Of a DNA stretch of 64,000 bases, positions 1 through 8,801 are shown piece after piece. The notes under the pieces are model-generated. The model made no database searches. It was not told where the DNA came from and was given only the letters and a program-made list of their open reading frames with translations. Made by a program: the position numbers and the translations under genes. Numbering within the stretch: the stretch's first letter is position 1; the number at the start of each line of letters is the position of its first letter. Source of the stretch: Anaerolineae bacterium (GTDB lineage: Bacteria > Chloroflexota > Anaerolineae > SpSt-600); contig JBHOQL010000040.1 of NCBI GenBank assembly GCA_042408195.1, forward strand, positions 7,041-71,040, read 5' to 3'.

Positions 1-244
1 CCCCACCGCTTACGGGAGGGAAAACAGCTAATTCATCCCCCTCTTTCAGGGGATCCTGAGGCTGGACGTATCTCTTGTTAAGGGCGAAAAAGGCCTTATC
101 CAGAAGTTCCCTCATGTCGGGGAGAAAATTGTTCAAGGCATCAAGCGCATCCTGAACAGTAGCTCCATCGTGGAGGTCGAGCCAAAGTTCCCCCGTGCCG
201 GCCTTTTCCCTATAGAGAGCGAAAAGTTTCACCTTTATTTTCAT
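1..244 (-). CDS. moaD: Molybdopterin synthase sulfur-carrier subunit MoaD (ThiS/MoaD fold), 3' end at window edge
   Basis: The reverse-complement translation reads MKIKVKLFALYREKAGTGELWLDLHDGATVQDALDALNNFLPDMRELLDKAFFALNKRYVQPQDPLKEGDELAVFPPVSGG and ends in Gly-Gly. The ATG is at 244..242 with AGGAGG 5 nt upstream. It lies directly downstream of moaC. It is missed by the ORF track because the stop codon falls outside the window. Confidence 0.6.
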   Translation of the reverse strand, partial: MKIKVKLFALYREKAGTGELWLDLHDGATVQDALDALNNFLPDMRELLDKAFFALNKRYVQPQDPLKEGDELAVFPPVSGG

Positions 245-257
245 TGGTCCTCCTGGA

Positions 258-731
258 TTACTCGAGGATTAAATCCCCGCTCTTGCCGCCGTGCTTTTCA
301 ACTAGGCGGATATTGTGGATGCGGATGGTCTTTTCCACACCCTTAGCCATATCGTATATGGCGAGGGCTGCCACACTTACGGCGGTTAAAGCTTCCATTT
401 CTACCCCAGTCTTGCCCACCGAACGAACTGTGGCGGTAATTTCTATACAGCTTTTCTCCTCGTCAATGCCCAGTTCCACATCAATGTGGCTGAGGAGGAG
501 GGGGTGACAAAGGGGGATGAGCTCAGGGGTGCGTTTGGCAGCCATAATTCCAGCTACCCTGGCCAGGGAGAAGACATCCCCTTTGGGGAGGTTGCCCTCT
601 TTTATGAGCCGGAGGGTTTCAGGCTTGACATGGACTTCGCCTTTAGCTACAGCTACCCTTTCAGTGTCGGGTTTGTGGCCCACGTCTACCATGCGAGCTT
701 GGCCTTTTTCATCAAGGTGGGAAAGCTTCAT
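258..731 (-). CDS. moaC: Cyclic pyranopterin monophosphate synthase MoaC
   Basis: [33 protein letters not shown]... is MoaC-family sequence. The likely start, MKLSHL, forms an ATGA overlap with the rph stop; the track ORF is extended upstream of it. Confidence 0.85.
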   Translation of the reverse strand: MKLSHLDEKGQARMVDVGHKPDTERVAVAKGEVHVKPETLRLIKEGNLPKGDVFSLARVAGIMAAKRTPELIPLCHPLLLSHIDVELGIDEEKSCIEITATVRSVGKTGVEMEALTAVSVAALAIYDMAKGVEKTIRIHNIRLVEKHGGKSGDLILE

Positions 732-1438
732 TTCAGCGCCTCCCTCTGAACCTGGAAAAGTTCTTGAATTCCCGCCCAAGCCATGTCTAACAATGTATTA
801 AGAGTTTCTCTAGAAAAGGGTTTGCTTTCTGCAGTGCCTTGAATTTCTACCAGCTCCCCCTTTGAGGTCATTACCACGTTCATGTCCACTTCGGCAGCGG
901 AGTCTTCTTCGTAGGTGAGATCCAGGAGGGGTTGGCCGTTTACTATCCCTACACTTATAGCTGCCACCTGGGTTTTAACGGCGCCTCTTGGGGGGATCAA
1001 CCCTTTCTGGCTCAGCTCCCTAAGTGCCAGAACCACTGCAACGAATCCTCCTGTTACCGCTGCGGTACGGGTTCCGCCGTCAGCCTGGAGGACATCGCAA
1101 TCCACCGTTATGGTGTGTCCGCCGAATTTGTCCATGTCAAAGGCTGCCCTCAGGCTTCGGCCTATGAAGCGGCGTATCTCTTGGGTACGACCACTGAGGC
1201 CGCTGGTCTCCCGAGGAGTGCGTTCGACAGTGGAGCCAGGCAGCAAAGAATACTCCGCGGTGATCCAGCCCTCCCCTTTGCCAACAAGCCAACCAGGGAG
1301 GGCTTTTTCTACCGTAGCTACGCACAGCACTACAGTATCACCGAGTTCTATCAGAACCGAACCCGGATGGTATTTAATGAAGCGGGGGATTATGCGCACC
1401 GGTCGGATTTTGTTGGGAGGGCGTCCATCGGAGCGCAT
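728..1438 (-). CDS. rph: Ribonuclease PH
   Basis: [16 protein letters not shown]...[19 protein letters not shown]...[22 protein letters not shown] is the canonical RNase PH / PNPase-like fold. Confidence 0.9.
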   Translation of the reverse strand: MRSDGRPPNKIRPVRIIPRFIKYHPGSVLIELGDTVVLCVATVEKALPGWLVGKGEGWITAEYSLLPGSTVERTPRETSGLSGRTQEIRRFIGRSLRAAFDMDKFGGHTITVDCDVLQADGGTRTAAVTGGFVAVVLALRELSQKGLIPPRGAVKTQVAAISVGIVNGQPLLDLTYEEDSAAEVDMNVVMTSKGELVEIQGTAESKPFSRETLNTLLDMAWAGIQELFQVQREALK

Positions 1439-1455
1439 CTTCCCTTTCCCAAAGC

Positions 1456-2493
1456 TCAGCTCACCTTGGCTCCGCAGTTCGGGCAGAATTTAGCCCCCGG
1501 AGGGAGAGGGGAACCGCACTGGGCACAGAACCCGCCAGCCTCCTGCTTGGCACCGCAATTGGGGCAGAACTTGGCATCGGCAGGTATTTGGGAGCCACAG
1601 CTGGGACAGGTCTTGGTTGGGGCAGCTGCTTTGCCCGCCTGCATGGCCTGGGCTATCATCCCCGCCATCATGGCCCCCATTCCAGCTCCAGCCCCGAGGC
1701 CAAGGCCGAGTTCCGCTGCTCCGGCTCCAGCATCTTCTCTTGTTGCCAGGTCGCCCATAGCGCGGGCAGCTTTGAACTGAAGGTACTTCTGCATGTCGCC
1801 GATAGCGCCCATCGCTGCCCGTTCATCAATGGCTTTGGCGGTCTCCTCGGTAGGCGTTATAGAGAACACGTAGAAAGTCTTGAGGTTGAGGCCGAGGGAA
1901 GCGAAGTCGTCCTGGAGTTTAGCCTTTGTGGCTGCGCTTATTTCATCGTAGAGGGAAGGCAGGTCAAAGAGGGAGACCCTCGCTTCGCCCAGGAAATCAG
2001 CAAATTTAGATACCGCCATGCTCCGGAGGAAGCCTTCAATCTGGGAAGTTTCGTAAAGCCCTTGAGCTCCCACGATTTTGTTCACAAAAAGCTGTGGGTC
2101 AGACACCTGCATCGAGTAAGTTCCGAAAGCCCTCAATCTGACCATGCCCAGCTCGGCATCGCGCATAGCTATTGGTTCCGGGGTACCCCATTTCATATCC
2201 ACGAACTCCCGCATGTTGACGAAGTAGACCTCGGCCTTGAAGGGGGTCTCACCTCGAAAGGCTAAACCTATAAGGCTCACAAGCAGCGGGATGTTAGCGG
2301 TGGTAATGGTGTGGCGTCCAGGCCCGAACACATCAAGAGCCTTGCCATCCCGGAAGAAAACGGCCGTCTGGAATTCCCTGACGATGAGCTGGGAGCCAAT
2401 CATGAAATCTCCGGAACCAATAGGGGGAAAGCGCCTAACGATCTCCCTTTCCCCCATATCCGGCATCTGGATTATGTCGAAAATTCTGGCCAT
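1456..2493 (-). CDS. SPFH/band-7 domain protein with a C-terminal double zinc ribbon
   Basis: The N-terminal region is SPFH-like. The C-terminus carries two CPxCG...CPNCG zinc ribbons (CPSCGSQIPADAKFCPNCGAK..CAQCGSPLPPGAKFCPNCGAK). Confidence 0.7.
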   Translation of the reverse strand: MARIFDIIQMPDMGEREIVRRFPPIGSGDFMIGSQLIVREFQTAVFFRDGKALDVFGPGRHTITTANIPLLVSLIGLAFRGETPFKAEVYFVNMREFVDMKWGTPEPIAMRDAELGMVRLRAFGTYSMQVSDPQLFVNKIVGAQGLYETSQIEGFLRSMAVSKFADFLGEARVSLFDLPSLYDEISAATKAKLQDDFASLGLNLKTFYVFSITPTEETAKAIDERAAMGAIGDMQKYLQFKAARAMGDLATREDAGAGAAELGLGLGAGAGMGAMMAGMIAQAMQAGKAAAPTKTCPSCGSQIPADAKFCPNCGAKQEAGGFCAQCGSPLPPGAKFCPNCGAKVS

Positions 2494-2506
2494 CTTTTCC
2501 TCCTTT

Positions 2507-3697
2507 TCACTTTATCTTAAAACTTTCTATCATCTTTGCAAAGGTATTTAACCAATGGCTTTCTTCTTCTGCCGGGGCAAGGGTTATTACAATGTAGGCC
2601 TTGCCGCTCTCAACGGCTAGTAGAAGAATCGAGGAAAATTCCCGGTCATTTTCGGTAAAGTTCATATCCATTTCCCACCATTCAACATCAGGACCTGAAT
2701 AAGGGCCGGAGAAGGAGACCTCCAGGTCAGGGTAATCTTCTTTGAGGACCTCGGCGATGCTTTCCGCTATTTCCCGCAACTCGCCTTCAACACCTTCTAC
2801 GACCCCTACGCTGAAGAGCACGTCCGGTGAGGCTTGGAAAGTGACGCGATCAGTTTCCTCCAGTACTTCCCAATCCGAAGGGTAAAGGAGGGAGAAACCG
2901 AGGGATTCGCTGGAGTAAAGCTTTATCCCGGTGGGAAACGCTTCCTCCTCAACCACGGAAAATACGGCCGTATGGGCGAGGTTTCCGTCTAAGTAAATTT
3001 CTACTCTGTAGTTGCCGGGGGTCAAAGCAGGGCGCGGCTCAAGGTAAAAATCTACGTAAGCATCTCGAGCGTTCTCCTCGGCTGTGAAGGTGGTAGTGAA
3101 ATCCTCCATAAGCTCATTTTCGTAGTACCATCTAGCCTGGAGTTGAGAGTATATTCCCAGATCGGCGTTGACAGAGCAATGGACGGTTTCGCTTATAGAA
3201 AATACTTCCGCGGTTTCCACAGGCCTTCGGTTTTCGTCCACTTTTTTGGCAAGCGCTACTTTCTTTACTTGTGAAGGGATAGCTTCTTTCGGGGGGGCTA
3301 CGGAAAACTCAGCCTTTTGAGCGAGCTGGTCGCCAAGGTAGATGTCCACTCTATATTTACCTATGGGCCAGTATCCTTCCGGTTCAAGGAAGAAGCCTAT
3401 GTATCCAGAGCCTCCTTTTTCAGCAGTGTAGTAGGTTTCGTTTAAGAGTTCTTCTCCATAGAACCAGGCGGCTTTTAGTTCAGCACCTTTGGAAAGATTG
3501 GAGACTTTGACTGAACAGTATAAGGTCTCAGTGGGTAGAAATTCGGTGGTTTCCTCCATCGGCTTGTAGTCCTGGGCAAGGCCTTTGGCCAAGGTCACGC
3601 TTACTACTTCTGGCGTGGCGGGTTTAGCGGGAAGACACGCTAACGCGATCACGCTGAGAGCTGCTGCAATTATTAATGGCGAAAATTTTTTAGACAT
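2507..3697 (-). CDS. Hypothetical lipoprotein with an internally duplicated ~100-aa domain
   Basis: It has a signal peptide with a lipobox-like LAC (MSKKFSPLIIAAALSVIALACLP). Two tandem copies of a module each end in ...YRV(D/E)IYLG(D/N)...A(E/V)FSV. The gene overlaps the upstream gene by 8 nt. Confidence 0.6.
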   Translation of the reverse strand: MSKKFSPLIIAAALSVIALACLPAKPATPEVVSVTLAKGLAQDYKPMEETTEFLPTETLYCSVKVSNLSKGAELKAAWFYGEELLNETYYTAEKGGSGYIGFFLEPEGYWPIGKYRVDIYLGDQLAQKAEFSVAPPKEAIPSQVKKVALAKKVDENRRPVETAEVFSISETVHCSVNADLGIYSQLQARWYYENELMEDFTTTFTAEENARDAYVDFYLEPRPALTPGNYRVEIYLDGNLAHTAVFSVVEEEAFPTGIKLYSSESLGFSLLYPSDWEVLEETDRVTFQASPDVLFSVGVVEGVEGELREIAESIAEVLKEDYPDLEVSFSGPYSGPDVEWWEMDMNFTENDREFSSILLLAVESGKAYIVITLAPAEEESHWLNTFAKMIESFKIK

Positions 3698-4127
3698 TTA
3701 GTTCCTCCAGCAGGCGTTTTAGATTTGCTGCCCCTTCATCGGCAGCCTTTTCGTTTTGAGCCAGTAAAATTTTCTCTGCCACCTTACCCAGGACGGCCAC
3801 CGGTATAGAGTATTCCAGGCGAAGGTGAACTCTTGTGCCTTCTCCCTCTGGCTCCAAAGTCCAAGCCCAGGTGCTGACGGCTCCCCCCTTGGTTTCCACC
3901 ACGTGACGGCGCGGCGGTTCATGCTCTATAACATGCCCAGTCCCGTGAAAGGTTATGCCCGCCATCTTGTAGGTCCACTCCCAGGTTGCACCAACTCCCT
4001 GTCCATGGAAGTTCCGGCTTTCCACTAGACCAGGAAGCCACAAGGAGTCCTTAGAGTGATCGGCTAATAGGTCGAAAACTTTCTCTACAGGAGCCCTTGC
4101 CCAGAAGGTGCGCTCTATTACGGGCAT
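3690..4127 (-). CDS. SRPBCC (polyketide cyclase/START-like) family protein
   Basis: At 145 aa, the length and the pattern MPVIERTFWARAPVEKVFDLLAD...WLPG fit the SRPBCC superfamily. Confidence 0.6.
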   Translation of the reverse strand: MPVIERTFWARAPVEKVFDLLADHSKDSLWLPGLVESRNFHGQGVGATWEWTYKMAGITFHGTGHVIEHEPPRRHVVETKGGAVSTWAWTLEPEGEGTRVHLRLEYSIPVAVLGKVAEKILLAQNEKAADEGAANLKRLLEELNV

Positions 4128-4129
4128 TG

Positions 4130-4657
4130 TTAGCCTCCTTCTTTGAAACTCAGCATTACCTCTTGGCGCTTGAGGAAAATATCCATCAAGGCATCGGCTT
4201 CAGAAGTTATCTTCTCTATAAGGGGAGGCAGTTCCTCGCCCTTACCAATCGCCTCTTTAAGTCCCCTGGCTGCGGAGAGTATGGCCTCGGCTTTATCCAA
4301 GAGGGAGAGGTCAAAATTGTAAAGGGCATTAAGTTCTTCTTCTCGTATCTTTAGAGCATCAAAAAAGCCGCTGTAGCCGTAGGTAGCAGAGCGAAGCCGG
4401 TCTATCGTGTTCTGCAATTTCATAATGGTTCTTTCCAAGTCGTCTAGGAGGCCTATCTTGCCTTTCTGCATGACCGCTATTTGGGCTTCTTGGAGCGATC
4501 CCCGTGCCTCATCAAGCACTGTGGCAATGTGCTGACGTAGGAGACGGTCCGCTTCCCTGCGGAGTTCTTTCTCTTTGTAACCTTGGAAGCCGGGGATGCT
4601 CAGAGCGAGTTTTTCCAGACCTCTGAGTTGCTTTTCCAATAGTGACCTTAAATCCAT
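4130..4657 (-). CDS. Hypothetical coiled-coil protein
   Basis: The ORF start was trimmed to MDLRSLLEKQ, which is preceded by AGGAGG. The protein is heptad-rich with no recognisable family. Confidence 0.45.
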   Translation of the reverse strand: MDLRSLLEKQLRGLEKLALSIPGFQGYKEKELRREADRLLRQHIATVLDEARGSLQEAQIAVMQKGKIGLLDDLERTIMKLQNTIDRLRSATYGYSGFFDALKIREEELNALYNFDLSLLDKAEAILSAARGLKEAIGKGEELPPLIEKITSEADALMDIFLKRQEVMLSFKEGG

Positions 4658-4749
4658 TTTGCCTCCTAAAGTTAGAAATATAAAATCTTTTTGCCTTCCT
4701 GTAGGAAGGCTTCCCAAGTTTTTACTCTCTGCAGACGCTGCAGAAAATG

Positions 4750-6810
4750 CTACTTTTTCTCCTGCTGGGCTTCCCTCTCTTTGCGGGCCTGCTCAATTAT
4801 GGTCTGAGCGATGTGGGACGGAACTTCTTCATAGTGGGAAAATTCCATGGAGAATATTCCCCGGCCCTGGGTCAGAGAGCGGAGCTCGGTGGCGTAGCGT
4901 TGCAACTCCGCAAGGGGGACCTGAGCCTTGATCACCGCAGTGCCCTTCTTTTGATCTATACCCATAACCCTGGCTCGCTTGGTGTTGAGGTTTCCTAAGA
5001 CATCACCCGTGAACTGTTCGGGAACGGTTATAGTTACGTTCATTATAGGCTCAAGGAGTATGGGACCAGCCTGTTCCATCGCTTTCTTAAACCCAAGGTG
5101 AGTAGCTATCTTGAAGGCAAGTTCAGAGGAGTCAACCGGGTGATAGGAGCCATCGTATAGGACTGCCTTTATATCCACCACAGGGAAACCCGCCAGGACG
5201 CCGCTTTGAATTGCTTCCTTGAGACCCTTTTCTACTGCTGGTATGTACTGCTTAGGCACTGCCCCACCGAAGATTTCCTCCGCAAACTCGAAGCCCGCGC
5301 CCCTGGGGAGAGGTTCAAGCCTGAGCCATACGTCTCCATACTGACCACGGCCACCGGTCTGCTTCTTGTATTTCCCTTGGGCTCTTGCCACCTTAGTTAT
5401 TGTTTCACGGTATGGGACCTTAGGCAGTGATGTGACAACCCCAACGCCGAACTTGTCTTGGAGCTTGCGGATGGCTATCTCTACGTGGGATTCCCCCATG
5501 CCCGAGAGAATGGTCTCACCGGTGGAAAGCTCCCTCCTTACCTGGAGAGTTGGATCTTCTTCCACCAAGCGGTTGAGGACGTTGCTGAGCTTGTCCAGGT
5601 CGGCCTTGGTTTTGGGAGCCACAGCCACCGAGAAGAGAGGTTCAGGGTATTTTATGCCAGGCAAGACAATGGGGTTGCTCTTATCGCTCAACGTATCACC
5701 GGTTACGGTTACGGAAAGCTTCGCCACAGCTCCTATGTCGCCAGGGCCAACTTGCTTGACAGGAGTTTGCTCCTTGCCTCTAAGGAAGAAAAGCTGACCT
5801 ATACGTTCCTCTTCGCCGGCACGGGGATTGAAGACCCTGGAGTCGGAGCTCAGGATTCCAGAGTAGACCTTAAAATAGGAAAGCTTGCCAACATAAGGGT
5901 CAGCGAAGGTCTTAAAGACAAGAACAGCCAAAGGACCGTTTTCATCAGCTTTGAGGACCATATCTCCTTCAGCCGTCCGCACTTCCTCTTCCGCCGGGGA
6001 GGGGAGGTAATCTACTATAGCATCCAGAAGTTGCCTTCCGCCGATGTCCAAAGTGGCGGCCCCGCAAAGGGCGAGGACGAACCTACGGTTTTTGACCCCC
6101 AGAGCAAGACCCCTTTTGATCTCCTCTTCGGTGAGGGGTTCGCCTTCCAGGTATTTCATTAACAATTCATCCTCGCTTTCAGCGGCAGCTTCCAGCAGTT
6201 TAATCCTGTATTCTTCGGCTTTTTCCCTGAGCTGAGCAGGGATCTCCTCCTCTTTGGCCTCCGGGCCTATGTAAGCTTTCATCTTTACAAGGTCCACAAC
6301 TCCGGAGAAAGAAGCCTGGCTGCCTATAGGAAGTTGGATAGGGATGACATTGACCCCGAATTTTTCAGCGACCTCGTTCAAGACCCTCAGGAAATCGGCA
6401 TTTTCGCGGTCCATTTTGTTAACAAAGAGCAGACGCGGGAGTCGGCGCTCATCAGCGTAGGACCAGACCATTTCGGTTCCCACTTCCACACCTGCGGAAG
6501 CATCTATCACCACAATAACACTTTCGCACACCCTCAGAGCGCCCAGAACCTCTCCTACGAAATCCATGTAGCCTGGCGTATCCAGCACATTTATCTTACA
6601 ACCCCTCCACTCACAAGGAAGGACTGAGGTATTTACGGACATCCTCCGCTTTATCTCTTCCGGGTCATAATCTGAAACGGTATTACCTTCTTCAACTTTC
6701 CCAAGCCTCTTTATTGCACCGCTGTCGTAAAGGAGAGCTTCGGAAAGAGACGTTTTCCCCGCTCCGCCATGGGCAATAAGAGCAACATTCCGAATCATTT
6801 CCGCCTTCAT
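4750..6810 (-). CDS. Elongation factor G paralog (EF-G2-like translational GTPase); the catalytic His of DTPGH is replaced by Tyr
   Basis: The G1 motif is AHGGAGKT. The G3 motif reads DTPGYMDF instead of DTPGHVDF. NKMD (G4) is present. EF-G domains II-V are present (...GDTLSD...,...YRETI...). The true start is MKAEMIRNV at 6810 with a GGAGGGAGG RBS. The 852-aa track ORF is read-through into the promoter region. Confidence 0.85.
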   Translation of the reverse strand: MKAEMIRNVALIAHGGAGKTSLSEALLYDSGAIKRLGKVEEGNTVSDYDPEEIKRRMSVNTSVLPCEWRGCKINVLDTPGYMDFVGEVLGALRVCESVIVVIDASAGVEVGTEMVWSYADERRLPRLLFVNKMDRENADFLRVLNEVAEKFGVNVIPIQLPIGSQASFSGVVDLVKMKAYIGPEAKEEEIPAQLREKAEEYRIKLLEAAAESEDELLMKYLEGEPLTEEEIKRGLALGVKNRRFVLALCGAATLDIGGRQLLDAIVDYLPSPAEEEVRTAEGDMVLKADENGPLAVLVFKTFADPYVGKLSYFKVYSGILSSDSRVFNPRAGEEERIGQLFFLRGKEQTPVKQVGPGDIGAVAKLSVTVTGDTLSDKSNPIVLPGIKYPEPLFSVAVAPKTKADLDKLSNVLNRLVEEDPTLQVRRELSTGETILSGMGESHVEIAIRKLQDKFGVGVVTSLPKVPYRETITKVARAQGKYKKQTGGRGQYGDVWLRLEPLPRGAGFEFAEEIFGGAVPKQYIPAVEKGLKEAIQSGVLAGFPVVDIKAVLYDGSYHPVDSSELAFKIATHLGFKKAMEQAGPILLEPIMNVTITVPEQFTGDVLGNLNTKRARVMGIDQKKGTAVIKAQVPLAELQRYATELRSLTQGRGIFSMEFSHYEEVPSHIAQTIIEQARKEREAQQEKK

Positions 6811-6841
6811 CTGCCTCCCTCCAAAAATTTTTACAAAGTTT

Positions 6842-6870
6842 ATTGTAGCCTGGAAACCCTTTCTTGTCAA
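6842..6870 (-). promoter_or_regulatory. Sigma-70-like promoter for the EF-G paralog operon (TTGACA-17-TACAAT on the minus strand)
   Basis: The reverse complement contains TTGACAagaaagggtttccaggcTACAAT, about 30 nt upstream of the RBS. Confidence 0.45.
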
Positions 6871-6993
6871 AGAAATGCCAGCTGCTTTAACAGAGATTTC
6901 AAGCAAAATTAACGAAACGATTTCGCCCTCGCCCAGCCTGTTAAAATATGAGCGGGGTTCCCGGAGGAAATTCTCAAACAACTTCTGCATGAG

Positions 6994-7022
6994 TTGCCAA
7001 AAAACTTTGGGGGTGCTATAAT
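6994..7022 (+). promoter_or_regulatory. Sigma-70-like promoter for nusA-infB operon (TTGCCA-17-TATAAT)
   Basis: TTGCCA is at 6994..6999 and TATAAT at 7017..7022, with a 17-nt spacer. Confidence 0.5.
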
Positions 7023-7051
7023 TTAAAAGTAAGGCAAAATAGCTATCAAAG

Positions 7052-7080
7052 AAAAGTGGGGAAACCCCACTTTTCTTGTT
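7052..7080 (+). terminator. Leader hairpin with U-tract between the nusA promoter and the nusA RBS (putative attenuator)
   Basis: AAAAGTGGGG-AAA-CCCCACTTTT is a perfect 10-bp stem, followed by CTTGTT. It sits at about +23..+52 of the predicted transcript. Confidence 0.4.
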
Positions 7081-7107
7081 ATAAAGAACCCAAAGGAGTG
7101 AAGGGGT

Positions 7108-8430
7108 ATGAAAAGTGAGCTGGTGCTGGCAATCAAACATCTGAGCGAAGAAAGGAAGTTGCCACCGGAGATAATTCTCAAGGCAGCCGAAGATGCTGTG
7201 GCCTCGGCTTACAAGAAAGATTACGGTCCGGCCATGAATGTCCGTGCTAAAATTGACCTTAAGACTGGCCAGGTAAAAATCTTCGTGGACAAAGTGGTCG
7301 TGGAGCATGTGACGAATCCCAAAACCCAGATTTCTCTGGAGGAGGCTCTGAAGATAACTCCCGAGGCCCGCATAGGCCAGACCATCTCAGTGGAAAGCAC
7401 ACCGCCGGGTTTTGGCCGCATTGCCGCCCAAAATGCCAGACAGGTTATAATGCAACGTATAAGGGAGGCCGAAAAAGAATACATTTACAGCACCTTAGCT
7501 GATAAGGAAGGAGAGCTCATCGTCGGCATTGTTCAGAGGGTTGACCACGCTACGGGGAACGTAATTGTTAACATAGACAAAATTGAAGCCATAATGCCTC
7601 CCAAGGAAAGGATTCCCGGCGAGAAGTATCAGGTTAACCAAAAAATGCTTTTTTACATCGTGGAGGTTTACAAGTCAAGCTCAGGCCCAAGGATAATCCT
7701 CTCCCGGGCTCACAAGAATTTCCTAAAGCGGCTTTTTGAAAGGGAAGTGCCAGAAATAGCTCAGGGCCTTGTGGAGATAAAGGCCATAGCCCGGGAAGCA
7801 GGCTCCCGCTCCAAAGTGGCCGTTAAGGCCCTTCAGCCAGGCCTTGACCCTATAGGAACTTGTGTAGGCCAGAAGGGTCTGAGGATCCAGAACATCCAGC
7901 GAGAGTTAAATGGAGAAAAGGTTGAAATTATAGAATGGAGCCCGGATCCCGCTGTCTTCGTGGCCAACGCCATAAGCCCCGCAAGGGTTATTAAAGTAAT
8001 TTTAGAAAAAGACGAAGAAGGTAAGACCGCCACCGTTATAGTTCCTGACAACCAGCTCTCCCTGGCGATAGGAAGAGAAGGCCAGAATGCTAGGCTTGCA
8101 GCCAAGCTAACGGGCTGGAGGATTGACATAAAGAGCGAAAGTGAGGCCAGAACCGAAGGCCTTCTAATGGAAGAGGGAGAGAAGAAAGACTTGATCTCCA
8201 TCGCCCAGGCTATCCTCAGAGGCCAGAAACCAGAGGAAATATTGGCGCTGGAAGAGGTCCAGGAAGCTACTGAAACACCCCCAGAGCAAGAGCAGCCTCT
8301 GACTTCGGAGGAAGAGGAAAAGGAAGGGGAAGAAACCGAGAGCTTCTCCCTTGAATCCCTGCAGGAAGAGCTTTTGAAGATAAAGTCCTTGGGTTGGGAC
8401 GAGGAAGAGCCCAAGAAGAGAAGGAAGTAA
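7108..8430 (+). CDS. nusA: Transcription termination/antitermination factor NusA
   Basis: The N-terminal domain, S1 and KH domains are recognisable. There is an acidic C-terminal tail. The gene lies upstream of ylxR-infB. Confidence 0.9.
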   Translation: MKSELVLAIKHLSEERKLPPEIILKAAEDAVASAYKKDYGPAMNVRAKIDLKTGQVKIFVDKVVVEHVTNPKTQISLEEALKITPEARIGQTISVESTPPGFGRIAAQNARQVIMQRIREAEKEYIYSTLADKEGELIVGIVQRVDHATGNVIVNIDKIEAIMPPKERIPGEKYQVNQKMLFYIVEVYKSSSGPRIILSRAHKNFLKRLFEREVPEIAQGLVEIKAIAREAGSRSKVAVKALQPGLDPIGTCVGQKGLRIQNIQRELNGEKVEIIEWSPDPAVFVANAISPARVIKVILEKDEEGKTATVIVPDNQLSLAIGREGQNARLAAKLTGWRIDIKSESEARTEGLLMEEGEKKDLISIAQAILRGQKPEEILALEEVQEATETPPEQEQPLTSEEEEKEGEETESFSLESLQEELLKIKSLGWDEEEPKKRRK

Positions 8431-8450
8431 GGTCAGGGGGAAGGAGGAAT

Positions 8451-8801
8451 ATGTCGCCAAAGCATATCCCAATGCGCACATGCGTGGGTTGCCGTGAGGT
8501 CAAGCCCAAGCAAGCTATGATGAGAATTGTCAGAACAAACGATGGGCAAATAGAAGTGGATCCAAGGGGTAAAAAGCCCGGAAGAGGCGCTTACCTCTGC
8601 CTCAGAAGAAGCTGCTGGGAGACAGCCCTCAAGCGCAAAGCTCTTGACTACGCCCTTAAAACTCCTGTGCCTAGAGAGGTGGAAGAGAAGCTCAGAAGAC
8701 TAGCTCAGTTGATGCCTGAGGAGGAGCTTGTGGGGGTAACCTGGCAGGAGAAAGAGAGGATTGTAGCCAGCTTTAACGACGGAGGGGAAAATGCCAGTTG
8801 A
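8451..8801 (+). CDS. ylxR: YlxR/DUF448 family RNA-binding protein
   Basis: [27 protein letters not shown] is the hallmark CxGCR motif. It follows GGAGGAAT-ATG and occupies the conserved position between nusA and infB. Confidence 0.8.
   Translation: MSPKHIPMRTCVGCREVKPKQAMMRIVRTNDGQIEVDPRGKKPGRGAYLCLRRSCWETALKRKALDYALKTPVPREVEEKLRRLAQLMPEEELVGVTWQEKERIVASFNDGGENAS

Noticed and set aside
6811-7308. The 852-aa track ORF extends the EF-G paralog 166 codons upstream, across the intergenic region and into nusA on the opposite strand
   Set aside because: The extension has no EF-G homology. It runs through two recognisable promoters and the nusA leader. A GGAGGGAGG RBS precedes the internal MKAEMIRNV start, which aligns with EF-G N-termini. 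The extension is open-frame read-through.
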